Origin: Octopus bimaculoides | Taxonomy: Eukaryota | Assembly: GCF_001194135.2 (NCBI RefSeq) | Contig: NC_069003.1 | Span: forward strand, 104,760-148,192 | Reading direction: 5' to 3' | Length of the DNA: 43,433 nucleotides | Shown here: positions 11,656 through 22,800 of the stretch, piece after piece | Layout: the number at the start of each line of letters is the position of its first letter | Numbering within the stretch: the first letter of the stretch is position 1 | Made by a program: the position numbers and the translations under genes | The notes under the pieces: model-generated | Seen by the model: the letters and a program-made list of their open reading frames with translations, nothing else | Told to the model about the DNA's origin: nothing | The model's database searches: none

Positions 11656-14600
11656 GATAAAGACACCAATAAATTAGTAATATAAAACATTAACAATATT
11701 TTTAAAATATCTATTACACCATTACAATTTTCTGCAATAGAATTTTATACCTAACTACAGCGATAATATCAGCAGTAATACTGAAAATAATTTCAAAGTG
11801 CATTGAGTTAGATATACACATATGGGTGCATATGAATAAAAAACTAAATAGACATATAAAATATTTCATCCATAATCATTGGTCTAATGAAATACATATT
11901 CTGTTTCATCTATGGCTCATTGAGTTCTCAGTAAACACTAATAAGCACAATTCAGGTGGTCACCTCATTAGCACTTCATGGAGGAACAAGAGGAAGATCA
12001 GTTATACTTGAAAAGACAATAAAAGACAATAAATAGTTGGAAACCTATTTGTTCATTCTCTGACTTACCACATCCTTTTGCAACTGTGTTGGTTGGTTGT
12101 TTGGTGGAGTCCAATTTGGTAAGTTATCAAACTTAGAGCTGAAAAGAAATTTGAAAAATAACTGATTTCCATAGTAGATTGAAAGACATTATGATATTGG
12201 TATGGCAAGAATCATGAGACACNNNNNNNNNNTGAGAATGGACTAGCTGAACTCGTATAAGTAGCAGCATGTTTGACTGAGCATGAGAAATTGCAGGAAG
12301 TTAAAAAGTGTCGTTTGTGAGTTCGTGGAGTCAGAGGATATTGTTGAGAAGTTGTTTTGGATTGGTTTCAGTTGTTCGCAGGGTATTTGGGAATACATCA
12401 ACAAGTGACAGTTGGTGTCTACCCCATTACATGGTACTATATATCACACTGTTATAGTGTAGAATACAAAAGTGACATACAGTAATCACATTATAAAAAA
12501 TAAGCACATCCGAACGTGGGATGTAAGCAGGCCACTTATGAGTACCCCTCATTCATTGGACAATGAACTTTGCTTGCGAAGACCTATTGAGGCAAGTGTA
12601 AACAAACCAAAATCGCTGACATGGCCGATGACAGTACCACCTGACTGGCACTCGTGCCAGTGGAACATTAAAAGCACATCTGAGCGTGACCGTAGTCAGG
12701 GCCATGGATTGGCTCCCGTGCCGGTGGCACAAGAAAAACAACATTCGAGCATGGTTGTTGCCAGTGCCGCTGGACTGGCTCCCATGCAGGTAGCACATAA
12801 AAACACCATTTGAGCATGAGCGTGGTTGTTGCCAGAACCACCTGACTGGCCCTCGTGCCGGTGGCACATAAAAAGCACTCACTACACTCTTGGAGTGGTT
12901 GGCATTAGGAAGGGCATCCAGCTGTAGAAACTTTGCCAGACCAGATTAGCCTGGTTCACCAGTCCTCAGTCAAACTGTCCAACCCAAGCCGGCATGGAAA
13001 GCGGACGTTAAATGATGATGATATAAGATATAAATGGTTTCATCCAATGCCCAGTTTAATACTACCACCTGGAGAGTCTTTAACTGAATTCACTTTTGCA
13101 AACATTTGAGCAAGATTTCTGGTTGGAGGATTATTTTTTCCTTCGTCTCAGAAATCCATTTTGAATGTGTGTTTCAGAACATTATGGCCAATTCAACTGA
13201 TAACTTCCATATATATATATATATATCAACATATGTTACAGATATAATGTCACAGAAAATCTATTTGAAGTTAATGTGAAGTAAATAGATGTACAGCTAA
13301 ATAAGGAAAGTGATGGAGGGATGGAAGGTGAAGGAGGCATGAGAATGACTGGATACAGAGGCAAGGCCCAGTGTTCATATGAATATAAAGTTTTTAGAAC
13401 CTCACTTTCCCTGTGATGGAGGAGGCCTCCCAAGCATAATAGAAAAGCAACCATATCAACGTTTTGTCATTTCCTTCACAAGGCTCAACAAGCTGAGGTT
13501 AGTTTTCACTTCTTTGTCCCTACATCTTTCTGGGCTTTCCTCTTTCACAGCTTCCATCCACATTCAGCAATTATTTATGCAGCTGTCCTCATCTCTACAC
13601 ATCCCATGGCCATCCCATCGGACCTCTCTCTTGTACAATACATCTGATTCCCTTTATGCCCAGGTTTTCCTCAGATAATGATGCTGTACGCATACATAAG
13701 ACCTGTAATAAATAAACCACAATCATTTAATGTTAATGTTCCATGTGGACATGGGTTGGATGCTTTGATAGGGTCCAAGAGGTCCAAAGATTGCATTATG
13801 TTTCAGTGTCAGCTTTGACCTGGTTTCTATGGTTGGATGCCCTTCCTAATACCAATTAAAATTAAGTGTTGAAGTAAATCTAATGGTTTTTGTGTGTTTC
13901 TTAAATGGCTTATAAACACCTTCCATGCTGCAATTGTTTACAATTTTATAATTTTTCTGCTTTCAATCAATTCATTAACAATCCACCTTCATCAACACCA
14001 TATGCATTAATCTAATACATTCATTTAAAACTGTGGAATCTATCTTTATATCTTTCTCTCTCTCTAAGAATGAAAAAAATTAGTAAATTGTGAATGAAGT
14101 TCTAAGACATGTTAAGAATTAATTGAACTCTGAATATATTGCCTACCTAGATATAACTGGTAAAGGAATGAAGTTCTGCACTTGAGCAATATCTAGCCCA
14201 CAGTCCATCATGATGTTCACTCCTTTGAACTGTAGCACAAAGCAGGGCTTACTGTGGTTACTGGACAAACACATCTGAAATGGTTAACAAACATCACAAG
14301 TAACGGAAAAGAAAATTTAAGATAATAATGGATGAAAAGATGTGTTTTTTCAAAAATGAAAACAAAATAGTATTAATAATGAACATTAATAAATTGTTAA
14401 CTAGCAATAAAAGTGGTCAGTTGAATCCTCCTCCTCCTCCCAAGCTGCTAGAAATGAGCCCAACTCTCATGGACCTAATTTTATGGGGAAACTAAATTCT
14501 TATGGCTGTGAATATTTAGTTATATCAATAAAAAATTAGTGTAAGTAAACAAAATGCCATGTGTTCTTTATGTTCTGAGTTTACAAAAAAAAAACTATTG

Positions 14601-15841
14601 AGAATGACTTTGCTTTTATTCTTCTTGGGTCAATAAAATATAACACTAATTCACTATTAGAATCAATCGAACTGATTCTATTCATTACATAGATTCAAAG
14701 CCTTGTACATATATTGGAAATCAATAGTCAGTCAGTGTGGCCCAGCACAGTAGAAGCAAATAACTCGAGTATGTCTGGTCGACAAATAGTCTCTATGTCT
14801 TACAGTTTACAAGTTTCTAATGGGTCACCAGATTTCTAACAGTGGGGGTCAACAAAGACCTAACTTAGCAAAACAAATACATGGGGGATTTTTCCTAAAA
14901 AGCTTTCCCTGTTGATGGTCGCATCTTTTACCAATACGCATACACTTACATTCAAACTAAAAATAGACATTCCGCATTCATTCCTTTTTCTTTTTAGAAA
15001 GTCTGATGATGACTCTTCGTACAGATAAAGGGACTGGTTGTTCAGAATGGTACCAAAGAACTGGAGAGAGTACATGGACTTGATGGCCTTCTTGATTTTC
15101 ATATTAGCCTTGCACCAGTACTTTAAAAATAGTTCTTGCATGGCACTTCTTGGTTATTAATCTGCACGACATGTTATTATTATTATATTCTTTTCATTAA
15201 CCCGTCTGACTTTTCAAATTATAAATTATGGATAATTCATTTGGTAACTGAAGACAACGACCGCACAAGAGATTTCTTTTTAATGAAAATCGGAATGTTG
15301 CTTCTTGTCAAACATAAAGCAAATATGCAGCCAGGAAAATAGTGAATCAATGGAAAATCATGGGTCTGCCTTTGCGATAGAGATGCCAATCGCAATTGAT
15401 TATCTCCAATAAATGATCATCAAAAACGTTAAATTGTTTGTTTATCTTTATTTTTCTGAGGACCGAAAATTGAAATTGAAAGAAACAGTTGAGATTCTGT
15501 ATAGGAATTCATGCGAATGTTTTTGGTTTTCATTTATTTGTGGTGAGGGACAATAACGAAGAAACGAAGGCGAACATAGAAGGGGACGAAGATGGCCAGC
15601 ACGGAAGAAGCGGTAACAATTTCTTTATTGTCTATAAAAGACGAAGATTGAAGGGGACGAACCATGGACAATAACGAAGAAGCAGTAAACATTCAGGCTT
15701 TTAAACCGGTAAATAAATATTTCATTCGGAAATTGTTAGTAAACGCTAAAAAGTTTTGAAGTTTTGCCTTTACAGGTATGTACGATCATAACCAATAAAT
15801 ACCCCCCCAAGTAAACAAATGTCTTAACTTACAAGTTTCAT
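3207..15841 (-). CDS. INTS9: Integrator complex subunit 9 (metallo-beta-lactamase/beta-CASP fold), 5' part; 12 coding exons, 371 codons, 3' exons not visible in window
   Basis: Exons read manually on the minus strand, all GT-AG and phase-compatible: 15841-15833 (MKL), 14274-14147, 12138-12069, 11103-11035, 10284-10145, 8628-8542, 8255-8135, 6598-6509, 5837-5793, 5026-4915, 4740-4560, 3267-3207. The spliced protein [31 protein letters not shown]...[39 protein letters not shown]...[27 protein letters not shown]...[13 protein letters not shown] matches the metazoan INTS9 sequence I recall. Confidence 0.96.
5119..5350. repeat. (TG)n and (TA)n microsatellites
   Basis: (TG)~18 at 5119-5154 and (TA)~37 at 5277-5350. 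Confidence 0.95.
6175..6306. repeat. Compound minisatellite: four units of ata(c/g)caaatacgta separated by (CA)n
   Basis: Directly visible ~30-bp period. Explains the CV-rich ORFs at 6058-6452. Confidence 0.92.
6960..7685 (-). mobile_element. RTE-clade LINE fragment (reverse transcriptase domain), frameshifted
   Basis: The minus strand reads [16 protein letters not shown], then [32 protein letters not shown]...[11 protein letters not shown], and later LYADDLVL with frameshifts and stops. Same family as 43050-43433. Confidence 0.9.
7755..8025 (+). mobile_element. SINE family A copy
   Basis: Same core and (GAT)n tail as 1745-1980, followed by (TA)n/(CA)n. Confidence 0.85.
8024..8106. repeat. 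(TA)n/(CA)n microsatellite
   Basis: Directly visible after the SINE tail. Confidence 0.95.
11595..11652. repeat. (TA)n microsatellite
   Basis: Directly visible. Confidence 0.95.
12555..13022 (+). mobile_element. SINE family A copy with four tandem ~65-bp internal units
   Basis: The unit tgccagtaccacctgactggc.ctcgtgccggtggcac.taaaaagcaccattcgagc.tggt is repeated four times from ~12631 to ~12890, followed by the standard family A 3' core and tail. Confidence 0.85.
14996..15126 (+). pseudogene. Degenerate, internally deleted fragment of the RSAD1 3' coding region
   Basis: 14996-15064 aligns ungapped to 17908-17976 (59/69 identical by manual count). 15067-15076 equals 18019-18028 (10/10). 15097-15114 equals 18112-18129 (18/18). 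The fragment ends with ctttaa where RSAD1 ends with ctttga. Confidence 0.88.
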
Positions 15842-16834
15842 TTTCCAGGATTTCTTCTTCTCTTCATGAAAAGTCTTCTGAGACGACGACGTTCAGCGCC
15901 CTCTGTTACATATACACAATGTGAGAGTTACCTCCCCCCCTTGAACAGGAAGACGTTTTTTATTCGAGAGGAAATCATGATGGGAAGGTTTCAGCTGGGA
16001 CCAAGGCACCACCTTTTACTGATTTCCATAAACTACATTATTTAAAGCGCTTTTACCTTTCATACGATCGTGCGGGTGTTACGGAAAAGGCCGATCTTTA
16101 GGTAATCAACTCGTGTGAAGAGGAAACACTGAGGTTTTGGGCAATTATCTTTTGCTTTGAAGTAAAGAAGAGAGAGAAAATAGTCTCTGTTGAACAAGTC
16201 CAGTGTCCTTGAATGGCCAACATCAATCCCTGGCATTTTGAATTTCTTTTTCTTTTACCTTTTTTTTTAATCCGGTGAGTTGCGATTTGAAAGGTATTTA
16301 CCTGTTATTTTTAGTAGATCGATCAGGTGTTTAAAAGACGGGGAAATAACTCTCAATGCATTACTCCCCCCCCCCCTATGAAAACGACCGTCCTGTATGT
16401 TATAAATTCACGTTCTTTTCTTCAATTATATATAAATTTTTTTAATCTGCACATATTATAAATCGATTCCTACCGACACTGAACACCTCCATAAGTTTAC
16501 TCCGATTCTTTGTTTTTATCCTATTACAATGCCTCTGTCTTTCAGGATTCTGTGGTTCTTGCAATTTCCAATATTTTGATGGTTCTTATTCTCCCCATTC
16601 ACATCCTGCCACGAATCTAACCAGTTATTTCACCTAAAGATTTCACTGAAACAATAAAACTTCGCAAACGACCTTGATTAGAAAAACAAACAGCCCTTAT
16701 TCACTTTGATATTTTATATTTCTTTATACTTTATAACGGAATCGTCGAACTTATTGTGATTTTGTCCACTTTACAATGAAGATCTTTATATTAACCTATA
16801 ATTGTAGGTTTTTCAAAATTTCGTCCAATTTACG
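15842..16834. promoter_or_regulatory. Putative bidirectional promoter/5' UTR region shared by INTS9 and RSAD1
   Basis: The divergent start codons are ~1 kb apart. CpG dinucleotides are visibly more frequent from about 15200 to 16750 than in the flanking introns, and no SINEs or microsatellites interrupt this stretch. Confidence 0.6.
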
Positions 16835-18142
16835 ATGAATAATTTTGTTGGTTTTTCGAAATGTAAATTTAGATTAAAATTTCCTGGCATATGTCAGCTT
16901 TTAAGTTTACAAATAAAATATTCTACTTCAAATTATGAAGTTTTTACAGACAATGCTTCTATTTATGTCCACTGGCCTTACTGTGCCAAAAGATGCACCT
17001 ACTGCAATTTTAATAAATATATCAACTCCAATGTTGATAACATACGAATGACCGATTCATTAGTAACCGAAACTAAAGCTTTACTAAAACTTAGTGGAGT
17101 AAAGCAAATCACATCCATCTTTTTTGGCGGTGGAACACCTTCTCTCGCACCTCCAAGCACTATACAACGTATCATTGAATGTGTAAAGCAAGTGGCAAAT
17201 CTCTCCAACCGAGCAGAAATTACACTTGAAGCCAACCCGACAGCATTAGAATTTCAAAAATTACGCGACTTTAAAGCAGCCGGTATCAATAGACTCTCTG
17301 TCGGAGTCCAATCATTAAACGATGCGCAGCTTCGAATTCTTGGAAGAAATCACACTGCAGCAGAGTCGATTAGATGTGTTGAAGAAGCTATAAATCTTTA
17401 CAAAGGAAAGGTTTCGATTGATCTAATTTTTGGAATCCCTGGTCAGACTCTAAAGGATTGGTCGGAAGAACTGAAGAGGACTTTGTGTTTTTGTGATGAT
17501 CATTTGTCCTTATATCAGTTGATTGTTAAGAGAGGAACTCCACTTTATCATAAAAGATCCAAAGGAATTATGAAGTTTCCTAACGATGATATTTTAGCAG
17601 ATATGTATGAAGAAACAGTAAAAATATTAGAGGAAGAGAAATTTTCACGTTATGAAGTTTCCAACTTTGCTCGAAATGGTGCTGAGAGCATCCACAATAA
17701 ATCTTATTGGCAAGGTAAACAGTATATTGGAGTAGGCCCAGGTGCTCATGGCAGGTTTGTTACGAAAGGTGAGAATCTGGAAGGAGGACATAATTTCCGA
17801 CAGGCCCGTATTCAGATACTGGAGCCTGGGCAGTGGATGGCTGCAGTTGAAAGATTCGGACATGGTACAAAAATATCAGTTCCACTATCATTGAAAGATA
17901 TTTTGGAAGAAGGTCTGGTGATGACTCTTCGTACAGACGAAGGTATTGACTGTTCAGAATGGCACCAAAGGACTGGTGTGGATCTACTTAAAATTCTTTT
18001 TAGCTCTGAAACAATTCAAGAGTACATGCTACAAAAGTTCTTTTCCATAAAAGGAAATCGGTTAAAAGCCACAAAAAAGGGAATACTTGTACTCGACAGA
18101 CTTCTTCCTGATTTCATATTAGCCTTGCAACAACTACTTTGA
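16835..18142 (+). CDS. RSAD1: Radical SAM domain-containing protein 1, mitochondrial (HemW/HemN-like heme chaperone family); intronless 435-aa CDS
   Basis: Single 435-aa ORF with YVHWPYCAKRCTYCNF (CxxxCxxC radical SAM motif), SIFFGGGTPS, EITLEANP, RLSVGVQS, SIDLIFGIPGQT, HLSLYQL, YEVSNFAR, HNKSYW and YIGVGPGAHGR. The Ser/Lys/Arg-rich N-terminus with no acidic residues in its first ~34 aa resembles a mitochondrial transit peptide. Confidence 0.96.
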   Translation: MNNFVGFSKCKFRLKFPGICQLLSLQIKYSTSNYEVFTDNASIYVHWPYCAKRCTYCNFNKYINSNVDNIRMTDSLVTETKALLKLSGVKQITSIFFGGGTPSLAPPSTIQRIIECVKQVANLSNRAEITLEANPTALEFQKLRDFKAAGINRLSVGVQSLNDAQLRILGRNHTAAESIRCVEEAINLYKGKVSIDLIFGIPGQTLKDWSEELKRTLCFCDDHLSLYQLIVKRGTPLYHKRSKGIMKFPNDDILADMYEETVKILEEEKFSRYEVSNFARNGAESIHNKSYWQGKQYIGVGPGAHGRFVTKGENLEGGHNFRQARIQILEPGQWMAAVERFGHGTKISVPLSLKDILEEGLVMTLRTDEGIDCSEWHQRTGVDLLKILFSSETIQEYMLQKFFSIKGNRLKATKKGILVLDRLLPDFILALQQLL

Positions 18143-18248
18143 ATCATTCGAGAAAAATCAAAGGTAAATAATTTTATTAATTTTGTAAGGGTCATTATTA
18201 TATAATTGATAATAAGTGGCTGCATCTGTGGACAAGAATGACCATACA

Positions 18249-18254
18249 AATAAA
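18249..18254 (+). promoter_or_regulatory. Candidate RSAD1 polyadenylation signal AATAAA
   Basis: First AATAAA, ~107 nt after the RSAD1 stop. The AT-rich context makes a chance occurrence likely. Confidence 0.3.
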
Positions 18255-19264
18255 TATGTATTTCCTTACCTTTGTTTAATTGTTTATATCTTACCTATGT
18301 TTCAAGGTGTGTGTACATAATGTTGAAGAAATTTTCTGTGTCTATAGATAGTACTTGATGATTTACAATATGAAAGATAGAAAATGATTTTGTTTCTCTA
18401 CACAAGATGACCTTGCTGACCTGTCTAGGGGAAAAGATCCATTCAACTTATGCCAGCATGGACAGTGAATGTAAAACGACAATAAATATTCATTCGTTGT
18501 TTTTAAATGTTCTTTTTCCATGCAAGCATTGGTTCAACAAATATATTATTAAAACATCGTTTTACAGGTGGATGCCTTGTCTGTTGGCAACCCTTAAGTA
18601 TTGTTTATGTAGGGGATATCTTATTCCACTCATCTTTGAAGGCACAACACCAGCAAATTACTAGCAGGGGAGATACATTTATACTCAGGTTTCTTTCAAT
18701 TTCCAAATCCACTCACAAAGCTTGATTGGCCTGGAACTATTGAAGACACTTGCCCAAGGTGCCAAGCTGTAGGATTGAACCACAGTTTATATATATAGTA
18801 CACACACATACAGACACACAATGGACTTCCATAGTCAGCATTTATTACATTTTAAACTTCACTCACAAGATTTTTGGTCAACTCAAGTCTATGATAGAAG
18901 AGACTTGCTTAAGATGTTGTTCAGCTTCTTGAGCCACTCCTACATCTCCAGCATCCGGATATTTCCCATCATCAGCGACCCAACCCTTGTTCTTCACTCA
19001 TTACACTGACCTTACCTCCACCAGTTTATTCCCGCCTCACACTCTCATCCCCTCCCATCATCCAGAGTCGTTGTCCTCTCTGAACCTCACCTTCTTTTGC
19101 TGCAGCACCCCATCACTACCTTCCACTTATCTCCTTCAGCCCTATAATCCTTCTATAGCAAGTCCCTCTCTTATAATTTAGCCTTTCAACACTTGGAATA
19201 CAGCCACAGATCCCCACCATCCCTTCTTTTCTGTCTTACAAGTTACATCGCAACCTCACTAGAG

Positions 19265-19455
19265 TCAGTGGCATGAAAAAAGACCCAGTACACCATGTTA
19301 TTTGGTTGGCATCAGGAAAAGCTTCCAGCCATAGAATCATGCCCAAAGATGACATTGGAGCTTTGTGCAGTCCTGCAGCTTACTAGTTCCCTGCCAAACC
19401 ATCCTACCTATATCAGCATGGAAAGCAGCTGTTAAATGATGATGATGATGATGAT
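19265..19455 (+). mobile_element. SINE family A copy (further diverged copies ~4225-4345, 13725-13855 (-), 23290-23437, 24255-24420, 27520-27645, 36020-36075 (-), 36555-36615 (-))
   Basis: Shared ggttggcatcaggaa..ccagc..agaa..ccatgc.agcatggaa..gttaaatgatgatgatg core. Boundaries are approximate. Confidence 0.75.
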
Positions 19456-19891
19456 GAAGGATACTCTATATGGTGGTTCTACCTGCATGAAATAGAAGTT
19501 AAATCACCATCAAAGATTTATTATGTTAAAAAAGAAAACTTAAAACATAGGTCATGGCTGTAGCAGCTTTCAGGTCTGCTCAACCTAAGACTCAAATCAC
19601 CAACAACTGCAGACATCCACGTTCATGTCTGAGCTTGAAACCTGAGAGTGAGCTGTGTATATATATGCATGTTGCTCCTTTCTTTCTACCCTCCCACTCC
19701 TTCCCTAACTCTCTCTGAACATGTTTAAATTCCAGGTAAAGCTCACACACAGTGAAAACAATGAAGTCAAAACATTAAGTAATTAACAATAAATATATGA
19801 TTATTTACTTTAAAATGTTTTAATAAAATACCACTGTGTATATATAAGTACACACACACACACATACGTTCTCAAGTATGCATGTTATATA

Positions 19892-22800
19892 TCAGTGAAC
19901 AGATGATGTCGAATCTGTATCTCTTGGCCTGGTGGCTTCCATTTCATCTTGGTTTTTACGCAAAAACCTTTTCATAATTTTTTCTTCCATTTCTGCATAA
20001 TCTTCAGCAAACAATGTTTTCAAGGGAACATTGAGGTGTGGCAAAAGTGGTAAATCAGACAGTGATACCTATTGTAGAAGACAAGAAGAGAGAATAAGCC
20101 AGGCATTTCAAAACTGAGACAATAACAACAGCCATAAAATATTGTTGCAATGTAAATGAAGTCGGTGTTGCTGGATTATCAACTAATGACTGTAAATATT
20201 CACATAAATCTACTCAGTGATTTGTTCTTTATCCTTGTTTTTTTTTAAACAGTGAAGTTGGTGTTGCAGATCAATAGGTTATTTGTATCACAGAACTCCA
20301 GTAGACTTGTTCCCTCTTCCTTTTGGGAACCAATTCCATGGCCCCCATGTACACCATAGAAAATATCCGGCTTCCGTCCAGCATGCCCACTGAAGTCCCC
20401 AACCACGAAGATGAAATCCTTGTCATTTGTCTTCTACAGAAGAATATCATAAAAATGGTCCTTCTGTTCATTTAGTAGGCCCACTTGTGGAACATAGGCA
20501 GAGATAATTGATGCTACGTTATTCTGCAAGATGAGCCTGAGCTTAATTACTCTATCGCTCGCTCTGACTATCTCTGTGACCTTATCCACCCGTTTCTCTG
20601 CAAGAAATATGCCCACACTGCATACCTTCCCAGAAGATTTTATACTTGTGTGTCTTGCCTGTAAGGAACCTGGCTGAAGCTGCTCTCCACTCTTTACCTT
20701 TTGGATGCAGCATACATCATCATGCCTCCATTCAAGCAGCTCGACGATTTTGTTAGACCTACCTTTCAATGTGCCTATATTGACAGTGCCAACCCTGAGA
20801 ACTTGGAAAAGGGCACGGGAAGGAACATGGGCAGGAGAGATGGTACTGGGCACCTAAAAAGAAGGTTTCAGTGATCGTATGCTAACAGACATGTCACATC
20901 AGTTCGTCTTGCTTTAACCTACCATCATTCAAATCATGTTAAAATTGTTCTCCCTATTGGTAGTGAGTAGCATTGTAAATATAAGCATTACTGCTGCAAA
21001 TATAAATAGGTCAATGTATAATTAATTAATTAATTATATGAATGATCTGCTATTGGTTAGTCCATTATATATATACAGGGAGAAAGAGGTAGGTGGTTTG
21101 TTAATTTACTAATAATTTCCTCTTTCGGTGCATGCGGTAGTAGTGTGGGCAAACGTTGGTGGCAGGGAAGGAAGGACCAAGGTATACAAGTCTGCTGGTA
21201 CAGAAGCAAGGCAGAGCCCTGTAGGGGTTTCTGGTATTGTGCTTTTCCCCTGATACACACATATACTTCAACACAGTTTCTACATGTCAAATTTCACTCA
21301 CAAGAATTTTGTCAAGCTGAAAACTAGTAGAAGGCCCTTGTCCAAAGTGTCACACACTGACTTCAAACCTGAATATCATCATGTCATTGTAAACTTCTTA
21401 ACAGCAACAGCCTGCTTTTACATAGGTAATTTAATGAAAAATATTTGAGAAAATACACAACACTTACTCTCATATTGTCAAATGAGATCCCTACTTTCTC
21501 TGAAAACCTGTCGCTAATTATCGGAATCTTGGAGTATCTCTGGCTGAAATGGTTCAGCAGAATAAATTTTGCACCCATTTTCATCCCAACATCAATTGCT
21601 TGTGACGTTGTGCTGAAATAAAGAATATTTTGTTTTATTTTTCATACATGAGTGTGAACCATTGTATTAAATTCTAAATATATATACACAGATGGAATGG
21701 CATAAATGTTAAAGTTCTGGTAGTACTGGATAAAATAAAATGGTTTGGAGTTCAAAATGTTGTTGTAGTTCCCTTTTATCTCTTTGAACATATATATATG
21801 AAGATTAGTACCAGTTATGAGTTAGGGGTTACATCAACAAATTATATCACCCCTACCTCCTTGTCACATGTATGATATAGTAAACAACTGAAAATCAATG
21901 ATGCTTAATAGAATATGTAATATTAGTAATACCGAAGAAAGACTGCAGGACGCCGAATGCACTTATGCCGAAGGAGAAGAATCCATAAAGCTGAATGGAA
22001 ACAATAATAAAAAAAGAACATTCCGACCTACCATAGTTTAATGATCAATTCACCAATTTCTCACTTATGATTTAACAAGATTAAAAATAGTTAATCTTAT
22101 AATAAAGAAGAAGGATTGGTGTTTCTACGATCTTTGGCTCACAATTTTTAAATACTTTTATTTTTGTTTTGTACATTTTGTCAATTGTGATAATTTAAAA
22201 ATAAACATCTGATCCCATTATTTTTGCCTCTTTACATTGTAAATCCAGTAATGAAACCTATTTAAAAAATGATTTTTTCTACATTTTAGTGTCAAATGGT
22301 CATATTGTGGGAATAAAATGATGATCATATATTTTAATTTTCATAGGTCTTTTCAGCATCTTGTCTGTTCAGCTTTATATCCATTCGGCATTGTGTGGCT
22401 TCTTGAGCTTCAGCAAAAGTGCATTTGGCATCCCATCTGTGTACTGTTAGAACATCATTCAAAAGATGTGTGTGCTATTTAGTTTATGGCCCTTTATCTC
22501 CAAAAGTCAAATTCGCCCGTTATCCTTCAAGCATTTATAAAGTAATAGTCACGCATTGCAGTCAGTCTATGTTCTTAAAACGCATCCTGAAAGCGACTGC
22601 AAATATGATGGAAATTTAATAGAGATGTTTTGAATATTGTTTTATTTTGAAACCCAAAACAATGCAAATTATAAAGAATTAATTACACAAATTGATGGTT
22701 AGTACTGTTAACTGATATTTTAACATTTTATGACTTCAACATGTTTTCTCTGTAGATTTTCTGAAGGGCTCCTAACCTTGAAACAATGAAAACCAGCTGA

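Noticed and set aside
12472-12882. ORFs with repeated peptides / possible CRISPR-like array
   Set aside because: Tandem SINE-internal units without unique spacers, eukaryotic context, no cas genes.
14263-14278. 16-bp identity (ggacaaacacatctga) between the INTS9 exon 2 boundary and ~26895-26910
   Set aside because: A single 16-mer match is plausible by chance in 43 kb of AT-rich DNA, and the similarity does not extend.
16835-18142. Bacterial hemW contamination or recent horizontal transfer
   Set aside because: AT content matches the host, the N-terminus looks like a transit peptide, the motif is eukaryote-type YVHWPYC, the flanks are continuous with host genes, and a decayed local copy is present.
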